The notes beneath the pieces are model-generated. The model was not told the DNA's origin. It was given only the letters and a program-made list of their open reading frames with translations, and did no database searches. A program made the position numbers and the translations under genes. From Bacteroidia bacterium (GTDB lineage: Bacteria > Bacteroidota > Bacteroidia > M30B66), in NCBI GenBank assembly GCA_965279035.1, contig OZ257142.1:3008001-3072000 (forward strand): a stretch of DNA of 64,000 nucleotides. The letters run 5' to 3'. Numbering within the stretch: position 1 is the first letter of the stretch; every line of letters starts with the position of its first letter. Shown piece after piece: positions 37,391 to 47,968 of this stretch.

Positions 37391-38448
37391 ACAATCGACA
37401 CAGGAATTGTCCAACCAAATGGATCGGGTTCTTCCTGTGTTTTGATTTTATTCAATGTGTCGTTAATCATCGTAGCTACAGGATTTTCTGGCGGCAGTTT
37501 TATGAAGAGGTTTTTGTATCCAATTTCATCTATCATAGCAATTCCAACCGCAGTTCCAGTTCCAAATGCTTCTTCTAAAGCATCCGATTCACTTGCCTCA
37601 AGAATTTCCTTCATCGAAATTACTTTTTCATAAACTTCATAGCCTTTATAACGTAACAAATCAATCACACATCGTCGCGTTATTCCAGCTAATACAGAAC
37701 CATCTAAAGCAGGCGTAATAAAAACACCATTGATCTTAAAAAAGATATTCATCGTTCCTACTTCCATGATGTTTTCGAAATTCGTTGCATCAAGCCATAA
37801 GACTTGATCATAGCCATTGGCTTTAGCTATTTCCGTTGGACGAATTGCAGCTCCATAATTTCCAGCAGCTTTTGCCTCGCCTGTTCCACCATTAGCAGCT
37901 CGAATAAATTTCGTTTCAGCATATAAACGTATTCTCCGATTGAAATAAGGACCAGCAGGTGTTGCGAAAATGATGAACTTATAACTCGTTGCAGCACGCA
38001 TCCCTGTATAGGATTCGTCGGCAAACATAAATGGACGCAGGTATAATGCACTCCCTTCGGTTTTTGGAATCCAGTTATGTTCCAATGCAACCAATGCTTT
38101 CAATCCTTCAACAAAAAGCGTTTCAGGGAAATGTGGCATCGACATCCGATCAGCACTAAAATTCAATCGCTTTGCATTGTCGTAAGGCCGAAATAAAATA
38201 GGAGTATTATTCTTTCCCCAAGTTACTTTCATCCCTTCAAAAATAGCCTGCCCATAATGCAATGCCATTGCTGATGGATGCATTGGAATGGAAGCCATCG
38301 GTTCAATGCGTGGATTTTGCCAAACTCCTTCTCTGTAATCGCACACAAACATGTGATCGGTAAAACAAATTCCCATTGGAATATGATCGATATCGGTTTC
38401 TCCGATTTTCGAATGTGAGGTGCGTGTGATGGTGATTTCGTAACTCAT
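37384..38448 (-). CDS. ilvE: Branched-chain amino acid aminotransferase
   Basis: LHYGQAIFEGMK, LYLRPF, GEAKAAGNY (PLP Lys), EVGTMN, LAGITR, GTA. Confidence 0.92.
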   Translation of the reverse strand: MSYEITITRTSHSKIGETDIDHIPMGICFTDHMFVCDYREGVWQNPRIEPMASIPMHPSAMALHYGQAIFEGMKVTWGKNNTPILFRPYDNAKRLNFSADRMSMPHFPETLFVEGLKALVALEHNWIPKTEGSALYLRPFMFADESYTGMRAATSYKFIIFATPAGPYFNRRIRLYAETKFIRAANGGTGEAKAAGNYGAAIRPTEIAKANGYDQVLWLDATNFENIMEVGTMNIFFKINGVFITPALDGSVLAGITRRCVIDLLRYKGYEVYEKVISMKEILEASESDALEEAFGTGTAVGIAMIDEIGYKNLFIKLPPENPVATMINDTLNKIKTQEEPDPFGWTIPVSIVQ

Positions 38449-38462
38449 GATGGTTTGTTTGG

Positions 38463-39722
38463 CTAAATAGCCGTTTGAATATCAAATTGTTCTAAGTAAT
38501 CCCCTACCCGACGTAAAAATGAGCCTCCTAAATATCCGTCAACAGCACGGTGATCAAAGGAAAGCGATAAAAACATCATGCTTCGGATAGCTACTTCTTC
38601 TTTGCCTTGTGTTAGAATAACTTCAGCGCGTCTTTTTATAACCCCAAAGGCTAAAATGGCTACTTCGGGTTGATTGATGATGGGCGTTCCCATTAAACTT
38701 CCAAAAGTCCCCACATTGGAAATAGTAAATGTGCTGCCTTGCACATCGTCAGGGTGTAATTGATTATTCCGAGCATTGTCGGCTAATGCATTTACTTTCT
38801 CTGCTAGTTGAGACAAGTTTTTTCCAGCTGCATTTCGAACTACAGGAACAATTAGGTTTCCACTTGGTAAAGCTGTTGCCATACCAATGTGTATGTCTTT
38901 ATGCACAATGATCTTGTTTTCATCTACAGATGCATTGATCATTGGAAAATCAACAATAGCACGCGTTACAGCATCTACAAAAAGTGGAGTAAAGGTGAGT
39001 TTTTGTCCATATTTCTGTTGGAAATCATCCTTCACCCGATTTCGCCAATCACTCAGATTTGTCACATCAATTTCGATGTAGGCAGTTACATGTGGTGAAG
39101 TATGTTTTGAATACACCATGTGATCGGCAATCATCTTACGCATCCGATCCATTTCAATCACTTGATCATATCCTTCGACAAAGGAAATAACAGGCTTCGG
39201 ATAGGTTGAAATCGTTGTTTGGGATGAATGACGTTTGGAAGGTTCAAGTCGATTTTTTAGGTAGGTAAAAAGATCGCTTTTTTGAATTCTTCCTTGATGA
39301 CCAGAGCCTATAACATGTTGCAATTCCTCTAGTGTAATTCCCTCTTTTATTACAATACTTCGTAATAGAGGAGAAAGGAAACCTAGTGGCTGAATATTAC
39401 CAGCTTGGGCTCTAGGCTTCTCGGTTTGATAAGTTAATTCAGGTGATGTAGTTTCTTCTATTTCTTGAACGATAGCCGAATCGTCAGCTTCTATTATTGC
39501 TAGAATAGATCCAACAGGAACTACATCTCCTTGTTTAAAATAGATTTCTTGAATAATTCCTGCAAATGGAACAGAAACATCACTATCCACTTTATCAGTT
39601 CCTACTTCGAGTAAAATTTCTTCAGCAGCAATGAAATCACCTTCATTTTTCAGCCATTTCAAGATGGTTGCTTCGGTGATACTTTCGCCCATTCGGGGCA
39701 ATTTAAATTCGATTTTAGGCAT
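38463..39722 (-). CDS. 2-oxoacid dehydrogenase E2 (dihydrolipoamide acyltransferase)
   Basis: Lipoyl TDKV, E3-binding GSGHQGRI, catalytic DHRAVDG; start taken at the ATG 39722. Confidence 0.92.
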   Translation of the reverse strand: MPKIEFKLPRMGESITEATILKWLKNEGDFIAAEEILLEVGTDKVDSDVSVPFAGIIQEIYFKQGDVVPVGSILAIIEADDSAIVQEIEETTSPELTYQTEKPRAQAGNIQPLGFLSPLLRSIVIKEGITLEELQHVIGSGHQGRIQKSDLFTYLKNRLEPSKRHSSQTTISTYPKPVISFVEGYDQVIEMDRMRKMIADHMVYSKHTSPHVTAYIEIDVTNLSDWRNRVKDDFQQKYGQKLTFTPLFVDAVTRAIVDFPMINASVDENKIIVHKDIHIGMATALPSGNLIVPVVRNAAGKNLSQLAEKVNALADNARNNQLHPDDVQGSTFTISNVGTFGSLMGTPIINQPEVAILAFGVIKRRAEVILTQGKEEVAIRSMMFLSLSFDHRAVDGYLGGSFLRRVGDYLEQFDIQTAI

Positions 39723-39726
39723 TGGG

Positions 39727-40323
39727 TTATTTTTTCTTGAATTCACCTAAAGTTGGATAAACAGCTTGCTGGATAGGACGATTCTTAGGTATTTCACGCA
39801 ATGGTTCAACTTCCTTTAAAGTATCAAAACATTCCTTGGGTAATTGTTGATACAAGGCAGTTCCACGCGTTTTCCAATCAATCATTTCATCACTAACATC
39901 TTTGATTATTTGAGCAGGATTTCCAATTAACATCTTGCGAGAAGGAATCTTCATACCTGCCTTTACAAATGATAATGCTCCCACGATACATTCATCACCT
40001 AAATCCACATCATCCATAATGACAGCATTCATTCCCACTAAGCAATTAGCACCAATATTAGCTCCGTGAATAATTGCACCATGACCAATATGTGCCCCTT
40101 TTTTTAGGGTGATATCCTTTCCTGGAAACATGTGAATGGTGCAGTTTTCCTGAACATTACAACCATCTTCTATGATGATTCCGCCCCAATCGCCACGTAT
40201 AGCAGCACCAGGACCAACATACACGTCTTTTCCAATAATCACATTCCCCGAAACAGCTGCTTGTGGATGAATGAAACTACTTTCATGAATGACTGGTATG
40301 AAACCATTAAACTCGTATACCAT
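39727..40323 (-). CDS. paaY: PaaY/CaiE-like gamma-carbonic-anhydrase-fold protein
   Basis: YEFNGFIPVIHESSFIHPQA, RGDWG, QENCTIH, HIGHGAIIHG, WKTRGTALYQQL. Confidence 0.78.
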   Translation of the reverse strand: MVYEFNGFIPVIHESSFIHPQAAVSGNVIIGKDVYVGPGAAIRGDWGGIIIEDGCNVQENCTIHMFPGKDITLKKGAHIGHGAIIHGANIGANCLVGMNAVIMDDVDLGDECIVGALSFVKAGMKIPSRKMLIGNPAQIIKDVSDEMIDWKTRGTALYQQLPKECFDTLKEVEPLREIPKNRPIQQAVYPTLGEFKKK

Positions 40324-40332
40324 AGAAGGAAT

Positions 40333-41085
40333 TTATTTGAACTTCTGAAGGGTTGTTTTGGTGAAGTCAGATAACACGAGACGCCCACTAATGGTAGCGC
40401 GATCGGCCAAAAGTTGATCCCAATCATCCGTACCACGCCAGAAAATCTGCTTCATTTCCTTCATTGCCTCTGGATTATAAGAACATAAGTGTTTAGCAAA
40501 AGCTTCAATGACAGAATCCATTTCTTCAATGCTTTCGAAGACTTGAGCATACAATCCTTTTTGCATTGCCCATGTTGCATCGTAGAATGTATTAGCATCA
40601 ATGGCAATTTGCGACATAGCAGAAACACCCATCTTACGCTCAATGGCAGGACTAACCACAAAAGGACCAATGCCTACGTTGAGTTCGCTTAGTTTGATTG
40701 AAGCATACTTTGTAGCAAAACAATAATCAGTTGAAGCAGCTAAACCAACTCCACCACCAACTGTTTTGCCTTGCACGCGACCTAAAATAAATTTCGGGCA
40801 TTTACGCATGGCGTTAATCACGTTAGCAAATCCAGAAAAGAAGATTTTACCTGTTTCTGCATCGTTTATAGTGATGAGTTCTTTAAAACTCGCTCCAGCA
40901 CAAAACGTACGATCTCCTCCACTTTTAAGGATAATCACTTTTACTTCATCTAGTTTACCGACTTGCGTAATCGTATCAGCTAGTTGAGCTAGGATGGTTC
41001 CAGGAAGCGAGTTTTGATCGGGGTGAAAAAAGGTGATGCTTGCAATTCCTTCAGCAAGCGTGTGCTGAACATAGGCTTCGTTCAT
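40333..41085 (-). CDS. Enoyl-CoA hydratase/isomerase (crotonase) family, methylglutaconyl-CoA hydratase-like
   Basis: FCAGA, GKTVGGGVGLAA, SELNVGI; start at ATG 41085 downstream of a TATTTTTG -7 box. Confidence 0.88.
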   Translation of the reverse strand: MNEAYVQHTLAEGIASITFFHPDQNSLPGTILAQLADTITQVGKLDEVKVIILKSGGDRTFCAGASFKELITINDAETGKIFFSGFANVINAMRKCPKFILGRVQGKTVGGGVGLAASTDYCFATKYASIKLSELNVGIGPFVVSPAIERKMGVSAMSQIAIDANTFYDATWAMQKGLYAQVFESIEEMDSVIEAFAKHLCSYNPEAMKEMKQIFWRGTDDWDQLLADRATISGRLVLSDFTKTTLQKFK

Positions 41086-41318
41086 AGAAGTTAGGCATTG
41101 GGTACGATACAAAAATAACAAATTAGATGTTTTAGTAAACGCGTTTTTTGCCAAATATTATTTCGCCCAAATTGCCCAACAAGGCAAATTTCGAATGCAG
41201 TAAAATATTTTTCAATACTTTATTTGGCAATCAATTGTCGTTATATGTTAGTCCCTAAACTATATATGGATAACGAACTGATTCCTTTTTAGTTAAAAAA
41301 TTTTTGTGTCCAATTAGA

Positions 41319-41864
41319 TTAATGATTCCAATCTGCTTTCGATATTCTAAAAATTTGAACTGGTAATCCTCTGAATAAAGTTTTCTTTTCGAGTTTCATC
41401 CCATTTTTCACAGCCACTTTAGCTGAACATACATTATCCATATGAATGGTAGATATTAAGGATTCAGCTAAATTATTTTCAAAAGCAAAATCTCGACACT
41501 TTTTTGCAGCTTCAATGGCATACCCTTGATTTCGATGATTGGGCATTAAAGAATAGCCTACTTCTACCTCTTGAATTTCATCTATTGTTTGAATTAAAAG
41601 CCCGCATTGACCGACAAACTGATTATTTTGTTTTAAAATGAGTGCATTCATTCCTCCTAGATTATTCTCATAGCGATTATAAACACGATCAAACCAGATT
41701 TGACATTTTTCTTGAGGAGAAAGCTCTTGATTAATTCCAATATATTTCAATGATTCATAATCGGAACAAAATTCCATCCATTCAGGAAAATAGGAATCAT
41801 CTACTTTACGATAAGATAATCGTTCTGATTCCTCACCAAAAAGCAATAAATTAGCATGTTTCAT
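41319..41864 (-). CDS. GNAT (RimJ/RimL-type) acetyltransferase
   Basis: EVGYSL..HRNQGYAIEAA, N..SAKVAVKNGM. Confidence 0.88.
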   Translation of the reverse strand: MKHANLLLFGEESERLSYRKVDDSYFPEWMEFCSDYESLKYIGINQELSPQEKCQIWFDRVYNRYENNLGGMNALILKQNNQFVGQCGLLIQTIDEIQEVEVGYSLMPNHRNQGYAIEAAKKCRDFAFENNLAESLISTIHMDNVCSAKVAVKNGMKLEKKTLFRGLPVQIFRISKADWNH

Positions 41865-41963
41865 AAATTTTGAAATCTCTATTCTAATTCAAAAAATAAT
41901 TCTCGAAAAAATATCTAATATATTTAAACCAAAATTTTCTAATGAAAATAGCCTAGAAAATAA

Positions 41964-42560
41964 TTACATTTTATCAGGTGAGATTGGCTGTGGAACGATG
42001 TTTTTGACAGGTTTAATGCTCATGAAATATTGGAACATAGCATGCAAATCAGCATCAGAAAGGTTGATATAATTCATCCAAGGCATTGGAGGTAAAAGCA
42101 TTCTTCCACCATCCATTCCTTTGTATTTACCTTCTTTCAATGCCTTTCTAAATTGCTCCTCTGTCCAATTACCAATACCTGTTTCGTCGGGAGTTAAATT
42201 CGCAGCAAAAGAAACACCCCAAGGACCTGCAGCACCAGTCAAATCGGGATATAACATGGCAAAACCTTCCTTAATTAATTTACTATCAAAGGTAACAATT
42301 GGACGATCTGCAGGATATCCCGAAAGCAACAGTTCTGGTATAAGTTCAGGTCCCTTCTCGCCCATTCGTTTAGGAGAATGACAATCATTACAACCCATTA
42401 TACCTACTAAATATTCTCCTCGTTTAATAACATCTTCAGGTTTAACAGCAATACTATCATGATCGCCTTTCTTGACCTGTTCTGTATTCGTACAAGAAGA
42501 ACTGGTTAAAATTAAATAAAAGCAAAAAATGATTCCGGCTAGAATAGTTATTTTTTTCAT
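41964..42560 (-). CDS. c-type cytochrome lipoprotein
   Basis: Lipobox (SSSC), RGEYLV..GCNDCH, ANLTPD.TGIG.W, PPMPW. Confidence 0.88.
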   Translation of the reverse strand: MKKITILAGIIFCFYLILTSSSCTNTEQVKKGDHDSIAVKPEDVIKRGEYLVGIMGCNDCHSPKRMGEKGPELIPELLLSGYPADRPIVTFDSKLIKEGFAMLYPDLTGAAGPWGVSFAANLTPDETGIGNWTEEQFRKALKEGKYKGMDGGRMLLPPMPWMNYINLSDADLHAMFQYFMSIKPVKNIVPQPISPDKM

Positions 42561-42634
42561 GGGTTGGGGAAAATTTGAATATTAAAAACTAAAATACTCA
42601 AGGATTTCAAATCGCCAAAATGTTTTTATAAATA

Positions 42635-42991
42635 CTATATACTTTGTCCAAATGTTAGTAGATTATGATCTGGATCAAGAATAGAAAATTCCAATTGTCC
42701 CCAAGGTTTTAATTCCAATGGACCATTAGGATGTATTTGTACATCATTATCCATAAAAGATTGATATAATTGTTCAATCGCATTTGTACAAATATAGATT
42801 TGTCCATAATTGGAATAAACATCCAAGTCCTTAAATGCAAAAAAGTGAATTTGAATAGCATCCTTTTGAAGCATTAAATAGCCATCAAAATCAGTACTTC
42901 CAACTAGATCAAAGCCCAATTTATGAAGATAAAATGCGCGAGTTATTTCTTTATCCCGCATGGGGAGTTTGGGATTTACGGAAATTAACAT
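42635..42991 (-). CDS. VOC/bleomycin-resistance family protein
   Basis: PKLPMRD...FY...LGF, KPWGQLEFSILDPDHNLLTFG. Confidence 0.88.
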   Translation of the reverse strand: MLISVNPKLPMRDKEITRAFYLHKLGFDLVGSTDFDGYLMLQKDAIQIHFFAFKDLDVYSNYGQIYICTNAIEQLYQSFMDNDVQIHPNGPLELKPWGQLEFSILDPDHNLLTFGQSI

Positions 42992-43032
42992 AAGAATTAA
43001 TCTAATTAAAAATGAATGTACACATGATGAAA

Positions 43033-43536
43033 TTAATTATAAATATAAGGTTCATTTTCTTCAATCAATTTTCGAATATTGTCAATCACTTGTTTCATAT
43101 ATTTTTTCCAAAATAAATGAGTAAATATCCATGAGAATGGGGATAATAGTATTGAATTAGAATACAAAGTATAGGTGTAATCAATTTGAATTTTATTCGA
43201 TTCTAATTCAGTTGTTTCCCATTCGCCAACAAATTTATAAAAACCCAACATCCACGCTTGAAATTGACTGACTTCAATCATCCAATATTTATTCTCCACT
43301 CGTTTAATCACTGTATCAACAGAAGCAAATCCACCTTTCTGTGTAAGCGATTTAGCAACATATACTTTTTTACTAAATCCCGGCTTTCCCCAATTTCCAT
43401 CATCTGTACAATGGGTTACTCTGGGCATAAGTCCATATCCGGTATGCACTTTCGAAACATTGCACAGCATAGGAGTTTTGAATGCACTTTCGAGAGAGCA
43501 ATGGTAAATGGTTCTGATGGAGACGCTATAAATCAT
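43033..43536 (-). CDS. Hypothetical protein, possibly SRPBCC fold
   Basis: 167 aa; beta-rich with a C-terminal helix pattern resembling START/SRPBCC. Confidence 0.6.
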   Translation of the reverse strand: MIYSVSIRTIYHCSLESAFKTPMLCNVSKVHTGYGLMPRVTHCTDDGNWGKPGFSKKVYVAKSLTQKGGFASVDTVIKRVENKYWMIEVSQFQAWMLGFYKFVGEWETTELESNKIQIDYTYTLYSNSILLSPFSWIFTHLFWKKYMKQVIDNIRKLIEENEPYIYN

Positions 43537-43685
43537 CGTTCATTATAAATCAGACTCTAAACAACAAAAAAATAGAATTAAATACAATAGAGTGTGTATT
43601 AAAATAAAAGGAATTAGCAGCAATTATAAAACACTGAAAAAAGAAATAGTTGATTCATCTTATACTTCTAAATATTCATTAATAA

Positions 43686-45785
43686 TTAGTGAATAATAAG
43701 TTTACGAATAATTAATTCCTCTTTTTCCGCTTGGATTAGAAGTGAATAAATTCCCGATGATAATGAACCTTTCGACAATTGATAGTGTTGCCCATGAATT
43801 ATATCAGTAAAAACTTCTTTACCTAGAGCATCAATAACAACAATATGAGTATTTATTTGCTTGTACCCAAAATACAGATGTGTTTCGGATTGCATTGGAT
43901 TAGGAAAAATATTTAATTCATTGTAAACCTTAGGAACTTTACTTGTGGAAACACTTATCAAGTTAAATACTTCAGATTGAGAAGAACAGCCAAAATCATC
44001 ATAAATTGTAACTTGATATTCACCATTATAAATTGGAAAATATATATTCGTTATTGCAGATTCAATTGAAATAGAATTTATTGTCCAATTATATCCATAA
44101 CCAGGATTAGTTACTAAAGCACCATCCAAAAAGTTTATGGTTGGAACAGGTGGAATTGAGTGAAAAAAGACTGTAAATGTGTCTGAATAAACCGTCCCAC
44201 AAACATTCGAAGATTGTATAAAATAATCACCATTATTTACGGTTGTGATGGAATAGGTTGAATCACCAGTACTCCATACTCCATCAAAATTTCCCGATAA
44301 TTCAGCAACTTCTCCAATACAATAAGGATAATTGAATCCTTCATCAATTGTTGAAACATAAGGCAAGTCAATCATCTTAAGTTGTACACCATGAATGGGA
44401 GTTGTTATCCCGCAGGAATTGGTTAGTATACAGGTATAATAAGCCTCATCAAAATATTGAAATGATTCAAAATGCAAATTACTATCGGTTTGTTCAGGCA
44501 TTAATACACCATTTCTTAGCCATTGATATTGGTAAGTATTTGGACTACTAATTAGATAATTGAAATTTGTATAATTACAAACTTCAATGGTATCTGATTC
44601 AAAGTATGTATATGCCGGTTTTCTACATATTTCAATCATACCTTGTAATGTAGAGCCACTACTCACACCTATGGCAGTTAAAGTTGGAAGATCATTATTT
44701 AAATAGTCATATTCAAAAGGACCTAAACTAGCACACCAACCATACATTCGACCATTACTGGCTAGTAATAAATCTCCGGTTGGAATGCTTCCAGTGAAAG
44801 ATTGATCTGCTTGCTGTCCGAAATTATGCACTAAGCGCAATTGATTCAATGTAATATCATACTCAAATATGCTCCCATAATGATTACCTACAGCATCAGT
44901 ACCGTGTGAAGCAGTACCATATATTTTATTGTTTGTGCCCCATTTCAAACTAATAATATTTCCAATACTATCGGGGATATTGACTAGATGAGTAACTGCA
45001 TTTGTTTGAGGATTAAATCGAAAAATACTTCCACCACTTGAACTTGAATTTCCAACTTGATAGCTTAATCCGCCATACATATTTCCATCGCTTGCAATGA
45101 TAAGATTTCCAACCGGCACACAACCTTCAGTAGCACAGAAAAAATTATGTAAGTATGTTAATGTATGAGTTGTTAAATTGAATTTAAAAATACGTCCACC
45201 ATATCCAACATTTCCATTTCCACCTCCTAATGCTGTTAATCCATAAATACAACCATTGTATTCGCCTGAAATGCCTATCGGAGTTTCATTGTATGGAATA
45301 AAATTCCATTGATAAATACTATCTGTCACGAAATTATATTCATACAAATATCCATCGGATCCAGAACTAGTCCAATATAAACTACCATTACTGGCTTGGT
45401 ACAAAGCAGATCGACAGGTATATGGCATGTTTTTAACCACATGAAAAGAATCAATTACCGGATCAAATTCAAATAAAACACCCTGTGGTGATAAGCCTGT
45501 TTGAGGAGAATATCCACCATACATTGTGGTACCGTATAATTTACCATTTGTAGCTTGGATAAGCGGAGCATATGGATTTGCTCCTAATGTACCAGCACTA
45601 TCAAACTCATAAAGCACTTGAAAATTACCTCCCAATGAATCTAATTTAAAGATTCTTCCTCCAAAATAATTAGGACCTTGAGAATTAATTCCATAGGGTA
45701 AAGCTCCATAATACTCATGTTGAGCAACTATATTATTGAAAAATAAAACAAGAAAAACTCCAATCAGGGTAAATTTAAATTTCAT
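43686..45785 (-). CDS. T9SS-secreted beta-propeller repeat protein (choice-of-anchor/GloVer-type) with Ig domains
   Basis: Repeats GxxP.gxLiqasnGxLYG...GxIF[EK]; Ig domain (YQWLRNG...YTC); IFPNP...GIY CTD. Confidence 0.82.
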   Translation of the reverse strand: MKFKFTLIGVFLVLFFNNIVAQHEYYGALPYGINSQGPNYFGGRIFKLDSLGGNFQVLYEFDSAGTLGANPYAPLIQATNGKLYGTTMYGGYSPQTGLSPQGVLFEFDPVIDSFHVVKNMPYTCRSALYQASNGSLYWTSSGSDGYLYEYNFVTDSIYQWNFIPYNETPIGISGEYNGCIYGLTALGGGNGNVGYGGRIFKFNLTTHTLTYLHNFFCATEGCVPVGNLIIASDGNMYGGLSYQVGNSSSSGGSIFRFNPQTNAVTHLVNIPDSIGNIISLKWGTNNKIYGTASHGTDAVGNHYGSIFEYDITLNQLRLVHNFGQQADQSFTGSIPTGDLLLASNGRMYGWCASLGPFEYDYLNNDLPTLTAIGVSSGSTLQGMIEICRKPAYTYFESDTIEVCNYTNFNYLISSPNTYQYQWLRNGVLMPEQTDSNLHFESFQYFDEAYYTCILTNSCGITTPIHGVQLKMIDLPYVSTIDEGFNYPYCIGEVAELSGNFDGVWSTGDSTYSITTVNNGDYFIQSSNVCGTVYSDTFTVFFHSIPPVPTINFLDGALVTNPGYGYNWTINSISIESAITNIYFPIYNGEYQVTIYDDFGCSSQSEVFNLISVSTSKVPKVYNELNIFPNPMQSETHLYFGYKQINTHIVVIDALGKEVFTDIIHGQHYQLSKGSLSSGIYSLLIQAEKEELIIRKLIIH

Positions 45786-46012
45786 ATTTTTAAAAATATA
45801 AATGAAAAGACTTAAATTAACTTAGTAATAATAATGAAATAATTAATACAATCGATAATACATAATTTTCCAAGAAGAAATTGAACTCTAATTTTCCAAA
45901 ATAAATATCAAAGAAACATACTTCATAAAGCAGTCCGTGAATTTGGAAAACTCACTAGCTAAATTTGATGGTAATTGTAAAATTCATCTTCTCCTATGTT
46001 AATATTAAGCTG

Positions 46013-47851
46013 TTATTTCAATGGCATCTCAAAAATAATACGTGTACCAGATAATGGAGTTGATTGTATATGAACTGATCCATTTAGTTTTTGAGCACGT
46101 TGTGCCATGTTTACTAATCCATTACCTCCTAGTTTACTCCCTTTAGATTGTTCTATCCCAATGCCATTGTCTGCAATTTCTACTAGTAGTTTGGAGTTAT
46201 TGGAATATAAATGAATATTAACTTGAGAAGCTTTTGCATACTTAGCAATATTAATAATGGCTTCTTTCGCAATGAGGTAAATATCTTTTCGAAATTCCAT
46301 AGGAATTGGCAGACCTTCGATATTTCCTTCTATAACCATATTCAAAACTACATTTTGTTCTTCCAAAGTATCTGCAGCAAACAAACGAATACGTTTAACG
46401 ATATCACCTAATTTATCATTATCGGGACGAATACTCCATACAATATCACTCATACTTTCGAGCATTGTTTGGGAATTGGAACTAATTTTATCTAATAATT
46501 CTTCTTCATCCCCACGATTGCGTTTAGCTATCTGACTCATCATCGAAATACTTGAAAGAGTAGCCCCTACTTCATCGTGCAAGTTAGCTGCAATGGTATT
46601 TCTAACTTGATAAAGTTTACGAAGTTGCTTTATTCTAACTAAGTAAAAAACCAACATAGCAATACCTATGACAAGTCCTATAGATGCTAAAAATGCATAA
46701 AGTTGATTACGCGTATTTGTTTTATTCAAGCTTGCTTCTTGGTGTGCGATAATTAAATCCTTTTCTCTTTCAGCTATTTGTCGAGATTTCATATCTAATT
46801 CATGTTGAACAGATAGATTAGCTATAGCATCTTCGTTATTTTGATTGAATATTGAATCTTTAAATAATTCATGTTGCTTATAACTTTCTAATGCATCATT
46901 ATATAATCCAAGTCCAGCCTGTGCCTCAGAAAGAAAGGCATATGAACTTTCCCGTATATCCCAGTCACCCAATTGCGTTGCAACTTGAATTGATAAATGA
47001 GCATAATGAATTGCTTTTTTATAATAATTATTCCTTTCTGTAATATTACATGACATTCCCAATTCCTTTGGAGGATTGGCCATTTTTATATATAAATCTG
47101 CCAAATTTCCTGAAGTCAACATTATTCCAAATTGATTATCAAGTTTTTTCATGGCCGACAGACCATTCAGCATATAGTTTTCTGCTTTATCAAACTGGTA
47201 CAAATTCATGAAGGAGTTCCCCATATTGATTTTGACAATCTCTTGACCAAGTTTATTTCCATATTTAATATGTGCATTTAAAGCTATTTTATAATAAAAT
47301 AATGCACTATCATATTTAGCTATATCATCGTAAACGATTCCAATTCCAGCTATATGATTGCCGATATCTTCTTTGCGTTTGTCCAATTCATTAATTGCCC
47401 ATGCTTTCTTATAATAATAAATGGCTTTATCAATTTTTTTTTCCTTTCTATATACCATTGCCACACTATTCATATCATAGGCAGCATCTAATTTGTCTAA
47501 ATTCTCATCAATTCGAAGTGCTATAAAGAAATGCTTCAAAGCCTCTGGAAATTGTGAAGTATTAAAGTAACAATGACCTACCAATCGATTAATATAGGCT
47601 ACTTGGTCTTTCCAATTATTCCTGACTGCAATTGCCATTGCCTTTTGAGAATAATTTAAACAAGAAATTGGATTTGAATCTAATTCTTCAAGAATTATAT
47701 TCCTAAATATTGAAAGGCGTATTGAATCATTCTTTTCTGTATTTGAACGCTGAATTAATGAATCAAGATAACTCAACTTCACTCCATTTTGTGAAATGGC
47801 TTTAAAGGAGAAAATAAAAGATAACAAAATAATTGAGAAAGCTTTAAACAT
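46013..47851 (-). CDS. TPR-containing sensor histidine kinase (HisKA_3)
   Basis: Periplasmic TPRs, TM, IAANLHDEVGATLS, KEAIINIAKYA, IADNGIG, GNGLVNM. Confidence 0.92.
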   Translation of the reverse strand: MFKAFSIILLSFIFSFKAISQNGVKLSYLDSLIQRSNTEKNDSIRLSIFRNIILEELDSNPISCLNYSQKAMAIAVRNNWKDQVAYINRLVGHCYFNTSQFPEALKHFFIALRIDENLDKLDAAYDMNSVAMVYRKEKKIDKAIYYYKKAWAINELDKRKEDIGNHIAGIGIVYDDIAKYDSALFYYKIALNAHIKYGNKLGQEIVKINMGNSFMNLYQFDKAENYMLNGLSAMKKLDNQFGIMLTSGNLADLYIKMANPPKELGMSCNITERNNYYKKAIHYAHLSIQVATQLGDWDIRESSYAFLSEAQAGLGLYNDALESYKQHELFKDSIFNQNNEDAIANLSVQHELDMKSRQIAEREKDLIIAHQEASLNKTNTRNQLYAFLASIGLVIGIAMLVFYLVRIKQLRKLYQVRNTIAANLHDEVGATLSSISMMSQIAKRNRGDEEELLDKISSNSQTMLESMSDIVWSIRPDNDKLGDIVKRIRLFAADTLEEQNVVLNMVIEGNIEGLPIPMEFRKDIYLIAKEAIINIAKYAKASQVNIHLYSNNSKLLVEIADNGIGIEQSKGSKLGGNGLVNMAQRAQKLNGSVHIQSTPLSGTRIIFEMPLK

Positions 47852-47859
47852 GATATTTA

Positions 47860-47894
47860 AAATAAAAATCAGCCGTAAAATGTACGGCTGATTT
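47860..47894 (-). terminator. Rho-independent terminator between the T9SS cargo gene and the kinase
   Basis: Stem AAATCAGCCGTA/TACGGCTGATTT (47866-47894), followed on the minus strand by a T-rich tail. Confidence 0.7.
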
Positions 47895-47968
47895 AATACA
47901 CAAACAAATGAGGAAAATCATACCTGCACTTTTTAACTACAATATAGTAAATACAGGCTTCTCAACTA

